A stretch of DNA of 64,000 bases, from IMG/VR virus record IMGVR_UViG_3300032046_005540, positions 96,001-160,000 of that record. The stretch is one strand, 5' to 3'. Below the pieces are notes generated by a model, which worked only from the letters and a program-made list of their open reading frames with translations, was not told the origin of the DNA and did not search any database. The position numbers and the translations under genes were made by a program. Each line of letters starts with the position of its first letter. Position 1 is the stretch's first letter. Source of the DNA: a virus. Shown here piece after piece: positions 37,538-46,611 of the stretch.

Positions 37538-38755
37538 TTATTTTGTTTCTGGAATTGTGGTAATTGTGTATTGAGGATATTTTTTCCAACTTACTACAGT
37601 TTCTTTCAAAACATTTTCAATATTTTCAACCATCTTCTCTGAAGAATAATTATCAACAATATGTTGTCTACATTTAGATGCCTTATCTTTTAACAATTCC
37701 TTATTAGAATAAGCTTCCTCTAAAGCTTCTAATACATCTTCATCCGATACAAATCTTTGATCAATATAAGGAACTTGTTGACTACCAAATTGACTAATAA
37801 CTTTAGGTTTAACTAACCAACCATTTTCTTCTGTAATTATTCCACCAGATCCAGCGGTCTCTGCGGCTATACATGGCGTTCCACAAGCCATAGATTCAGC
37901 TAAAGGTAATCCAAAACCTTCTGCATATGCAATGTTTATACTTATATCAAACATATTATATAAATGAGTTAAAAAAGTATCATCCTGACCTCTTGGTTCA
38001 CTCACCGCAACTGGAAGATCTGGATATAATGTATTTCGAAGATATAACAAATTAGTTCCTTCAGGATCAAAAGGACTTGAATGCAAAAACAATAAAACAT
38101 CTTTTTTATCTTTTGCAAATTTTGAAAATATTCTATAAAGATCTAATATTCTTTTACGTAAAATATTTCTTCCTACATATCCAACTATAAATTTAAAATC
38201 TACAAGTTGAGGTTGATTTTTAAAAATCTCTTTTTTAAAATTAGAAACTGTTTCCTCTGGAAGAATTTTAAACACTTCAGTATTTACTCCCATAGGAGCA
38301 TAAAAAATAGGGGTATCTTTATAATTATTGATTAGTAATTCATAAATAAATTTAGATCCGGCGGCAATTGCATCTGTAGAACGGTAAAATATAGTATTAA
38401 ATTTAGGAAAAGGTTGATCATCCCATAAATGATAGAAAACTAAAGGGCAAGCATTACGAATTTCATTATCAATTTCAAAAACATGAGTTAAATGTCTTGG
38501 ATCCGAATTTATAATCATTACATCTGGTTTATGTTCTTTTAAAACAAAACGGATATCATTAATGTTCGCATAATTATAAACAGAGTAAAGCACCATCCCA
38601 TTCCAAGGATATGCTTTAAAAGGTCCTGGATTTATAGAACCTGCAAGTATAATAATTTGATGACCTTTTGCTCTTAAACCTGTTAACAAATCTTTTCCTA
38701 CTTTACCATAACCAGTTGGAATTGTAGGGGAATCAGAAAGGTATAAAATCTTCAC
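37538..38755 (-). CDS. GT4 glycosyltransferase
   Basis: SDSP..PTGYG, GRN..RKR, EGFGLPLAESMACGTP; GTG start after GGAGG. Confidence 0.9.
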   Translation of the reverse strand: MKILYLSDSPTIPTGYGKVGKDLLTGLRAKGHQIIILAGSINPGPFKAYPWNGMVLYSVYNYANINDIRFVLKEHKPDVMIINSDPRHLTHVFEIDNEIRNACPLVFYHLWDDQPFPKFNTIFYRSTDAIAAGSKFIYELLINNYKDTPIFYAPMGVNTEVFKILPEETVSNFKKEIFKNQPQLVDFKFIVGYVGRNILRKRILDLYRIFSKFAKDKKDVLLFLHSSPFDPEGTNLLYLRNTLYPDLPVAVSEPRGQDDTFLTHLYNMFDISINIAYAEGFGLPLAESMACGTPCIAAETAGSGGIITEENGWLVKPKVISQFGSQQVPYIDQRFVSDEDVLEALEEAYSNKELLKDKASKCRQHIVDNYSSEKMVENIENVLKETVVSWKKYPQYTITTIPETK

Positions 38756-38843
38756 TAAAGCCTCCTTTGACTTTAATTAACTTTATTTTAAAAATACTCC
38801 ATCACTATTAAATACAATTCAAAACCTCTATTTTAACAAAATT

Positions 38844-39773
38844 TTATGTTACATGAATGATAACACCACCAACAGAAGTAGAACCTCCTACAATTGTATA
38901 AATTCTAATAAAATACAAAGAAGTAACGGATAATGTAGATATAGGAAGAAGTAAATCATAAAAACCACTACCTGCTGGAAAACTTGTAGAAGTTGTAAGA
39001 ACTACACTTTCTGTTAATGAATTAAGAATATCAACTTGAAGAGTTCCCGGAGCAACAGCAGTCAAAACATAAAATCTTACAGTCATAAGAGTACTATCTG
39101 CTGAATGTTTATATGCTATTTCAGCTTTCTTTCGTGTTCCACTATTATCAACCCAATACATAGGCCAAGCCATATTATTTAAAACAGTGCCTGCTTGACG
39201 ATCTTTATTCCAAGCTTCATCAACTATTGGAATCGCAACTAATTGAGATCTTAATAACAAAAGAGGACGTTGATCTGCGCCTAAATAAGATAAACATATT
39301 CCTCCACTTTCATCACTAGGAGCAGAACCTTCTCTAAGAATTCTATAACTATCATATGCTCTAGTATAATGAAAGGCTCCACTATCATCATTTTCAGAAA
39401 TACTATATTGCACATCATAATAAATATTTACATAATCTCCAGAACCACTTGCTGTTTTTGAAGGCCAAGCTGGATGATAGTAAGGATCAGTAGCAATACT
39501 ACCACTTGCAGTTATACTATCTGGAACATATATTATTCTCCCATATTTATCAATAGCAATTCCTGAATTAACAACACTTCCACTAACTTGTAAATCATTA
39601 TAGGATAAAGAAGGTATTGCAACTCCAGGCTGTTCTATAAGAGCAGCTAAAGTATCCCTAAATAATCTAATTTTTGAATATTCTATATTATTAAGATCCT
39701 GTTCAAAAACATTTTGATCTTCAAAAAATATACTTTTAAAACCATTGTAAGACATTATACCCTCCACAATCAA
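38844..39773 (-). CDS. putative tail fibre / baseplate appendage protein (paralogue 3)
   Basis: Shares an N-terminal module with the two upstream ORFs; lies after the baseplate wedge. Confidence 0.6.
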   Translation of the reverse strand: MIVEGIMSYNGFKSIFFEDQNVFEQDLNNIEYSKIRLFRDTLAALIEQPGVAIPSLSYNDLQVSGSVVNSGIAIDKYGRIIYVPDSITASGSIATDPYYHPAWPSKTASGSGDYVNIYYDVQYSISENDDSGAFHYTRAYDSYRILREGSAPSDESGGICLSYLGADQRPLLLLRSQLVAIPIVDEAWNKDRQAGTVLNNMAWPMYWVDNSGTRKKAEIAYKHSADSTLMTVRFYVLTAVAPGTLQVDILNSLTESVVLTTSTSFPAGSGFYDLLLPISTLSVTSLYFIRIYTIVGGSTSVGGVIIHVT

Positions 39774-40777
39774 ATAACATCAATAACCATCTCTGAAATC
39801 ATAGCAACATCTGTTGGATTAACATTTGCTAAAGATACGGTAACATCATATAATACATTAGATAGTAAAGTTGTAGGTAAATTAATAGAAAAAGAATAAC
39901 TTCCAGCACCCGCAAAATTATAAGTATCAAAAACAGTAGCAATTATAACCTTAACACTTCCGGGATCAGAAGCTGCAGAAGCCGTAAAATGAATATTCAC
40001 TTGTGCTTCTCCATAATATCTAAAAGATGTTCTTGCTTTTAAAATAAGAACTCCCGTGTCTGGTCCTAAATCTCCAGATTGCCATGCAATAGCAGCAAAA
40101 GAATTATTAGCAACATCTGTTGCAACAATTGATTTTCTAAAAATTTCCCTTGCTGGTGTAGTAAATGTTTGTATAGCACATAATAAAAGAGGTCGAATAT
40201 CATTAATACTTCCACTACTTGGTATATCTCCATCAGTATTAATAGGAAAACTTGCTAAACATAAACCACCACTATTTTCACTAGGTAAAACATTCTCAAC
40301 AGAAATCCTATAACTATCATATTCCCTAGTATAAAAAGAGGTCCCTTCATCATTTGTTCCTGAAATACCCTGTTGAGTTGTATAATAAATATTTACATAA
40401 TATGTAGTAAGTTCTTCCGGTAATTGATTATGAGCAATATTTTGCCTATCTGGCCATGCTGGATGGTAATAAGGATCAGTATAAATACTACCACTTGCAG
40501 CAGTAGAACTAGGAACATAAATTAATCTACCAAATTTATCAACAGCATATCCAGGATTAATAGTAAAATGTTTTGCATCAACATATTCTACTTTCAACGC
40601 AGACTCACTAAGAGAATGTATTGCTACTCCAGGTTGTATTATCATTGACTTAATAGAATTTCTAATAGTTTCAAGTTTTGTATATTCTATATTATTAAGA
40701 TCTTGAGAATACATTAGTTGATCGTCAAAGAATTTACTTCCAGCACCTCTATAAAGATCAGTAATAGTTAATACCAT
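39770..40777 (-). CDS. putative tail fibre / baseplate appendage protein (paralogue 2)
   Basis: FF.DQ...DL.NIEY.K, QPGVAI, PG.A.DK.GR.IYVP, YHP..P. Confidence 0.6.
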   Translation of the reverse strand: MVLTITDLYRGAGSKFFDDQLMYSQDLNNIEYTKLETIRNSIKSMIIQPGVAIHSLSESALKVEYVDAKHFTINPGYAVDKFGRLIYVPSSTAASGSIYTDPYYHPAWPDRQNIAHNQLPEELTTYYVNIYYTTQQGISGTNDEGTSFYTREYDSYRISVENVLPSENSGGLCLASFPINTDGDIPSSGSINDIRPLLLCAIQTFTTPAREIFRKSIVATDVANNSFAAIAWQSGDLGPDTGVLILKARTSFRYYGEAQVNIHFTASAASDPGSVKVIIATVFDTYNFAGAGSYSFSINLPTTLLSNVLYDVTVSLANVNPTDVAMISEMVIDVI

Positions 40778-40786
40778 TTTTCCTCC

Positions 40787-41833
40787 TCAATCTACATCAA
40801 TAACAAGATCTCTTACATAAAAAGTTCCCGCATACGTAAAAGTTCGCATCCAAATTTCTACAGAATACAAAGTACTTGGAGTTAATCCAGAAACATCTAA
40901 AGAAAAATCACATATCTGAGAATTAACAATAACATTATAAGAACCCGAAGTCATTAAAATATGTCCTGGACTAGTATAAATATAAGCATAAACATATGCA
41001 TTAGTTGAAGGTTGAGAATAACTTGGAACACAAAATCTAACATTCATTGCTGTTGATCCCGAACGATGTTGATAACTAATATCAGCTTTTGTTTGATTAT
41101 ATGCAGTTGCAGTTGCTGCCCAATAATTATTACTAGCCAACGCATTTGCTAAATTAGTAGCTATTCGGGACAATGCAAAAACTCTTCGAGAACTTGGAAC
41201 AGAACCACTCGCAGCTACATTTGAATATACTTCCAAAAGAGGTCTCATATCAGTAATTTCGCTAAATCTAATATTACCACTATTATTTACTTCAAAACTA
41301 CCTAAACATACTCCTAAACTTCCTGACCCAAAACTACTTGAAGTTCCAGCTTGAAAATCTTCACAAGCAATATAATAACTATCATAATCACGAGTATAAT
41401 AAGATTCTCCTTCATCATCCGATTCAGTAATATCTTGTTGAGTGTTATAATAAATATTTACATAATATCTTGTAGAAACACTTGGCACTTTGCTATGAGG
41501 TAAATTTTCTCTATCAGGATATTTTGGATGATACTCTGGATCGTCAATAGTATTTCCATATTGAGAAACATCATTTGGAACATAAATTAATCTACCAAAT
41601 TTATCTATTGCAAATCCTGGATTAACAGTAAAATGTTTAGAATCAACATATTCTACTTTCAAAGAGGAATCAGAAAGAGACTCGATAGCTACTCCAGGCT
41701 GTTTTATACAAGCAGCTAATGAATCTCGAATAGTTTTAAGTTTTGTATACTCAATGTTATCGAGATCTCTATGAATATAATTAACATATTGATCATTAAA
41801 AAATATACTTCCAGCACCTTCATATGATACCAT
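40787..41833 (-). CDS. putative tail fibre / baseplate appendage protein (paralogue 1)
   Basis: Same conserved N-terminus with a divergent beta-rich C-terminus. Confidence 0.6.
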   Translation of the reverse strand: MVSYEGAGSIFFNDQYVNYIHRDLDNIEYTKLKTIRDSLAACIKQPGVAIESLSDSSLKVEYVDSKHFTVNPGFAIDKFGRLIYVPNDVSQYGNTIDDPEYHPKYPDRENLPHSKVPSVSTRYYVNIYYNTQQDITESDDEGESYYTRDYDSYYIACEDFQAGTSSSFGSGSLGVCLGSFEVNNSGNIRFSEITDMRPLLEVYSNVAASGSVPSSRRVFALSRIATNLANALASNNYWAATATAYNQTKADISYQHRSGSTAMNVRFCVPSYSQPSTNAYVYAYIYTSPGHILMTSGSYNVIVNSQICDFSLDVSGLTPSTLYSVEIWMRTFTYAGTFYVRDLVIDVD

Positions 41834-41845
41834 TTTTTAACTCCT

Positions 41846-43255
41846 TTACAAAATAATAGATGTATAATATGGATCTGCAGAACCACTTTCATATGCTTTT
41901 ACTGAAAACTGGTGTAATTTAAAACTATCAACAAACCAAGTAAATACATGCACTCTATATTGATAATATCTTTCAACGCTTCCTTTATAAATAACTTGCC
42001 CTGAATATACTTCTGACCAAGCACCAGCTGGAGGTAAAGCGTTAAATGATCTTGCTTCAACTCTAATTTGGCAATCATACCCTAAATCTGGAACCCAATC
42101 ATAAGCCCAATCATAATCACTATAAATTAAATTAGATTCTGTAAGATCAATTATAGGACTTGTATAAATATTATTAACAATAGCCCCACTTGATTTTACA
42201 AAACCCCCAGTTCCAGGAACAGTCATTGTAGTTGAACCACTAAAAGCAGAATCAATAGTTGGAACTAAATTACCAACTGCTCCACAACTAACTTCAAATA
42301 CACTTGGATCATAAAAAGAACCACTCGAACCAGAACTAAGTTGAGCTGTTGTTGTTACTGCAGAATAATAATTTTCATAATAAACTCTTAAATCAGTATG
42401 AGCAGGCTTTACATCTCTCAATGCCTTTTCAATAGCAGTTTGCCTATCTTTTTGAGGTTCAGGTAACCAAACAATAATATCTGCTGCAAACTTTCCTTCT
42501 AACTTATCATATAATCTTGTATTTTTCCCAAGCTTACTAAAAGTAACTACATAATTACTTCCTGAAGAAAAACTATGTGGAGGTGCAGTAATTGGATAAT
42601 AAACTAATAAATAATCCCACCAAGAACCTCCGTAATAATTAGTAAGAATTTGAGTTAAATCAGCAGAACCTGATTCTAAAAGTAAAGCACCACTCCATTC
42701 ATTTTTAAACCAATTTTTACCAGCATCTATAATATAATACGGACTAGTACTAGCAACAGAAACAACTCCTATCTCTGTTTTCAATTTCCAACGTGGTATT
42801 TGATAATATTCTTTTGTATCTGGAGTTATTAAAGTAAAAGCGTGCCCTACTCTTTTCATTGCATTAATAGTTCCTCCAGTCATTGCTGCTTGCATTAAAA
42901 AGTTTATTTCCTTTCGATAACTTGGAATAGATCCAGATCCATAATAACCAATTATATAAGAACCAGACGCATAAGAACCTGAAAGAGGAGTATATAAATC
43001 TTCATTAGCATTTTGGTAGAAAAACTTTCGTTGCCCAAAATATGTTCCAAAATTATCATAAAGCTTTTGAGTAGAAGCAGTATCAATACTTAAATCCTCA
43101 TACACTTCTTCAAGATCAATACTTCCTGAAGCAAATTCATTCGCATACGTTCTGATAACTTTGTATAGATGAGTATCATCAGAAAAATATGCTGCATAGT
43201 ATTTAGTTATTAAACCACGTAATTTTTTTATAAAAGAATTTAACGAGGTAGCCAT
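41846..43255 (-). CDS. baseplate wedge protein (P2 gpI / T4 gp7-like)
   Basis: DLSIDTA...LYDNFG, YR...L...GGT...MK, L..VKPAH; follows baseplate J. Confidence 0.7.
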   Translation of the reverse strand: MATSLNSFIKKLRGLITKYYAAYFSDDTHLYKVIRTYANEFASGSIDLEEVYEDLSIDTASTQKLYDNFGTYFGQRKFFYQNANEDLYTPLSGSYASGSYIIGYYGSGSIPSYRKEINFLMQAAMTGGTINAMKRVGHAFTLITPDTKEYYQIPRWKLKTEIGVVSVASTSPYYIIDAGKNWFKNEWSGALLLESGSADLTQILTNYYGGSWWDYLLVYYPITAPPHSFSSGSNYVVTFSKLGKNTRLYDKLEGKFAADIIVWLPEPQKDRQTAIEKALRDVKPAHTDLRVYYENYYSAVTTTAQLSSGSSGSFYDPSVFEVSCGAVGNLVPTIDSAFSGSTTMTVPGTGGFVKSSGAIVNNIYTSPIIDLTESNLIYSDYDWAYDWVPDLGYDCQIRVEARSFNALPPAGAWSEVYSGQVIYKGSVERYYQYRVHVFTWFVDSFKLHQFSVKAYESGSADPYYTSIIL

Positions 43256-43264
43256 TATTACTCC

Positions 43265-44677
43265 TTAACTTTTTACAGAAACAGTAACTACTCCAGCTTG
43301 GGCATAAGAATCCCAAGGAATTACTAAATTCCCATCTGCATCTTGTGTAATATTTCCAGTTGCTATATTTTCTTGAAACTTTGTAAGAGGAACTAAAACA
43401 TCATCTACTCCTTCAACTGCAGCAATTATTGCTATAATATCTGACTGCTGAACTTCCTGGCCAATTAAATAACTATTTAGTTTTTCTGTTATTGCAGTTT
43501 GAACGCTTGTAGCTAAAGTTGAAGCATCATACCCAGCAAATAATTCAACAGTAGCAGTAACATCTATCCAGCGAACTTTTGCTTCCTTAACTAAAACATC
43601 TGCACCAACAATCTTTGCACTATCTCCATCAACTGCTGCCTGTAAAGTAGAAATTAATGCATTATATACATAAGTTATTATAATAGTTTCACCATCAGCA
43701 AGAATTGGTAAAAAGTAAAATTCATCATTACCACGAACCGACCCAGCATAAACACTAGAATCTTTTACAATAGTATAATGAGTACCTTCAGTTAAATTTC
43801 CAGTAACACTTCCAACAGCAGAAAAACTTCCACTTACTGTATAAAGATGAACTGGTTGTGAATTAAAAGTATGATAGTCTGCTCCAGAATAATAAATAAA
43901 AGTATCAATTGATTGATTAGAAACTCCACCTCTTACATAAATATCGACAGCACCAAAAGATGATCTTAATGTATATGCTTCCCCAGGACCTACAACTAAA
44001 GCATCTGTAACATTTTCATCTTTCATTACTTGTTCATAATAACCTGCCTTTGTTCCTACATTATTTCCTAATAAAACACTTTTTACTCGTAATGTTAAAG
44101 CTGAAATAGATTCTTCATCTTCTCCTGTAGTTATTGTAGCTTCATTAAAACATCCAGAAACATCTGCAACAGCAGTAACTAAAACACAAATAGCACCAGC
44201 ATCAACATTAGCTTGGGATCCTCCAGCAACTGCTCTTATTGGAGCTTCTGCTTCCCACTGACCAGTATCAGGATTAAAACTTCCAGGATTTGATATAGTA
44301 ACAGTTTGTAATGTAACAAATTGTTGAGCACCAACTTCTGCTCCAGGTTTAGTACTTATTGTAGTTCCTGCTGGAATAGTTGCAGTAGTTCCAGATCTAT
44401 TATAAAAAGTTACTGTTCCTGTTGCCCGAACTGCGGCTTTTCTTTCCAGTTGTAAATTCTCTGCTAATTTTACTAAATCATCTGTAGAAGCTAAATCTGG
44501 AGATTGAGCTTTCGAAATTACATCCAATTCAGCATAAAAATTATCTAATTCATTTGCAACCGGATTAATTATAACATCTCTTGTAAAAGTTCCTTCTTTC
44601 GTGTCCACACTTGGATGTAGCCTTTTCAAAAAGTTAATCATACTTTGAACAATATTTGAAAAACTCTTTCTCGCCAT
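43265..44677 (-). CDS. baseplate J-like protein
   Basis: L..LA....L.RK.A..ATG.VTF, IPAGT, G...NV.AG.I, N.....GEDEES...L..R, G.VDIYV. Confidence 0.9.
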   Translation of the reverse strand: MARKSFSNIVQSMINFLKRLHPSVDTKEGTFTRDVIINPVANELDNFYAELDVISKAQSPDLASTDDLVKLAENLQLERKAAVRATGTVTFYNRSGTTATIPAGTTISTKPGAEVGAQQFVTLQTVTISNPGSFNPDTGQWEAEAPIRAVAGGSQANVDAGAICVLVTAVADVSGCFNEATITTGEDEESISALTLRVKSVLLGNNVGTKAGYYEQVMKDENVTDALVVGPGEAYTLRSSFGAVDIYVRGGVSNQSIDTFIYYSGADYHTFNSQPVHLYTVSGSFSAVGSVTGNLTEGTHYTIVKDSSVYAGSVRGNDEFYFLPILADGETIIITYVYNALISTLQAAVDGDSAKIVGADVLVKEAKVRWIDVTATVELFAGYDASTLATSVQTAITEKLNSYLIGQEVQQSDIIAIIAAVEGVDDVLVPLTKFQENIATGNITQDADGNLVIPWDSYAQAGVVTVSVKS

Positions 44678-44689
44678 AAATTTCTCCTT

Positions 44690-45601
44690 TTATAAAGAAA
44701 CACTGCCTTGTAATATTGCCATAGATCCTTCAACATTTGTTATTCTTACTTTAAAACCTAATTGCCTTGGATCTCCTTCAATTTCATAAATTTCAATATT
44801 TTCTATTTTATCAATTAATTCTTTTAAAGAAAATTTATATCCTCTCTCAATACCATCACGTTGTAAATAACGTAATCTTAAAACAGCATCCATAATAGAC
44901 TGTTTTAATTTAGTCTCTCGAAATCCTTCAGTTTGTAATGCTCCTACACTATTAATAACATAAGATCCATAATCTGCATAAAATGGATTATCACCTTTAG
45001 AAGTTATTGTAATTTTTACTAATTCTTGCAAAAGTTTTTCTACTTCACTAACAGTAAGAACATCGCCCAAAGGACTAAATTTTATATCATAATAAAAACC
45101 TTTTCCTAAACATCTTGGACAAGTATTTAAAGTAAATTTTCCGCTTGGTAAATTGTGATCACAAATATGCTCTAATTTAACATCATACAATACTAATTTT
45201 GTTTCATCTTTAGTTTTTAAACTAAAATTTGAAACAACTTTTGAAATTTTTGCAAACGAAAAAGAATCTGGCGATGTTGCTGGAATAATTTTTGCATCTG
45301 ATAAAATAATCTGTTGTCTTATATAAAAAACAGAGGCATCAGATATAATCGTTTGTTGCAAGGTACTTATAATATTAGCATTTGATATAATTAATTGTTG
45401 AACTCCTGTTTTAATATTAGCATCAGATAAAATAATTTGCTGAATATTTTCAACTAAAATATTAGTATCAGATATAATTAATTGTTGAATCGTTACTTTT
45501 ATATTTGCATCTGAAGTAATTAATTCTTGCCGTGTTTGAGGAACAAATTCATATGCACCTATATCATATCCACATATTTGTATTGGTCTAACATGAATCA
45601 T
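44690..45601 (-). CDS. gp25-like baseplate protein with N-terminal 14-aa repeats and CxH/CxxC motif
   Basis: EKLLQELVKITIT.KG.NPF...YGS gp25-like core; CDH...CPRCLG.G; six QQxIxSDANI repeats. Confidence 0.65.
   Translation of the reverse strand: MIHVRPIQICGYDIGAYEFVPQTRQELITSDANIKVTIQQLIISDTNILVENIQQIILSDANIKTGVQQLIISNANIISTLQQTIISDASVFYIRQQIILSDAKIIPATSPDSFSFAKISKVVSNFSLKTKDETKLVLYDVKLEHICDHNLPSGKFTLNTCPRCLGKGFYYDIKFSPLGDVLTVSEVEKLLQELVKITITSKGDNPFYADYGSYVINSVGALQTEGFRETKLKQSIMDAVLRLRYLQRDGIERGYKFSLKELIDKIENIEIYEIEGDPRQLGFKVRITNVEGSMAILQGSVSL
45285..45540 (-). repeat. six tandem ~42-bp coding repeats (QQLIISDANIxxxx)
   Basis: QELITSDANI, QQLIISDTNI, QQIILSDANI, QQLIISNANI, QQTIISDASV, QQIILSDAKI. 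Confidence 0.8.
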
Positions 45602-45612
45602 ATTATATCCTC

Positions 45613-46611
45613 TTACAAAGGTCGTGTATTACCATCATGATCGGTGTATATTCCAACATCTGTAGCAGTGCTTATACAAGGAGAAGATCCTAATAAATAA
45701 TAATCTGAATTCGAAACGTCAAAAAATTTTGGATCTCCTTCTTTTCCATTAGCTTCCTTCCCATTTAAAGAACCCGAGCCCGCCTGAAATACTGTTAAAT
45801 TATCAAATTCACAATCTCCTGCTTCAACCCAAACATCCACATAAACAAATTGCCCATTAGTATATTGATAAAAATTATAATCTATATGAAATTTATTATT
45901 CCAATCAGATACATGTTGGGGGTAATACTTAATCAAATAATAACTCAAAGAACTTAAAACTCCAGCAAAAATATTATTTTTAATATATATATCAAATAAT
46001 GCATTATTTGGAGAATATATCACTAAACATTGAGTATTATAGCTTGCATCCTTATCTGTTCCGAAGACAGTATTATAATAAAAATGCCCTGTTTCACCAT
46101 TAACAAAATAAAATGCTACAGCAGGTACAGAATGAATTTTGCCTTCTGCAAAAATATTATTATAAACCTGAACCTGATTACATCCATAACCCCCGCCCCC
46201 AAATTGAGAGGAATATTTTGTTCTACAATTTCTAACTATTGTATATATACCTACAATACTCACATCATTAATAGCACTACTCCCATTATCAACATAAAAC
46301 CCATCCATAGTAATATAATCTCTTTGAAAATTTGCTCTTTTAATTTTGATTTCTCCTGAATCTCCTGTATAAATTCCAAATCTATCAGCAATATATTCTA
46401 TTCTACTTCCAGAACTACCATTATTTACAGGTTGAATTCCTCTTTCTATATCAGTTGACTCAAGATAATAAGAACCTGATCCAACATATACAGTATCTCC
46501 AGCAACCATATTCATATTAGCATTTCTTAGAGTCTTCCAGGCTCCACTTCCACTCAGCCCATTATTGTAATCACTTCCACACCATCGTCTAATATAATAA
46601 GTGTAAGTCAT
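45613..46611 (-). CDS. right-handed beta-helix (pectin lyase-like) virion protein
   Basis: YY...G.D.N.G.S...AWKT, AGDTVYV..G.Y, NNIF, DP.F......Y.L...SPCI, D.DG..RP. Confidence 0.75.
   Translation of the reverse strand: MTYTYYIRRWCGSDYNNGLSGSGAWKTLRNANMNMVAGDTVYVGSGSYYLESTDIERGIQPVNNGSSGSRIEYIADRFGIYTGDSGEIKIKRANFQRDYITMDGFYVDNGSSAINDVSIVGIYTIVRNCRTKYSSQFGGGGYGCNQVQVYNNIFAEGKIHSVPAVAFYFVNGETGHFYYNTVFGTDKDASYNTQCLVIYSPNNALFDIYIKNNIFAGVLSSLSYYLIKYYPQHVSDWNNKFHIDYNFYQYTNGQFVYVDVWVEAGDCEFDNLTVFQAGSGSLNGKEANGKEGDPKFFDVSNSDYYLLGSSPCISTATDVGIYTDHDGNTRPL

Noticed and set aside
19383-38755. Host O-antigen/capsule operon or chimeric assembly
   Set aside because: No wzx/wzy/ABC exporter or initiating transferase; same strand and composition as the flanks, and interspersed with the same phage endonuclease families.
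38844-41833. Diversity-generating retroelement TR/VR among the fibre paralogues
   Set aside because: Similarity is N-terminal, not adenine-specific, and no reverse transcriptase is in the window.
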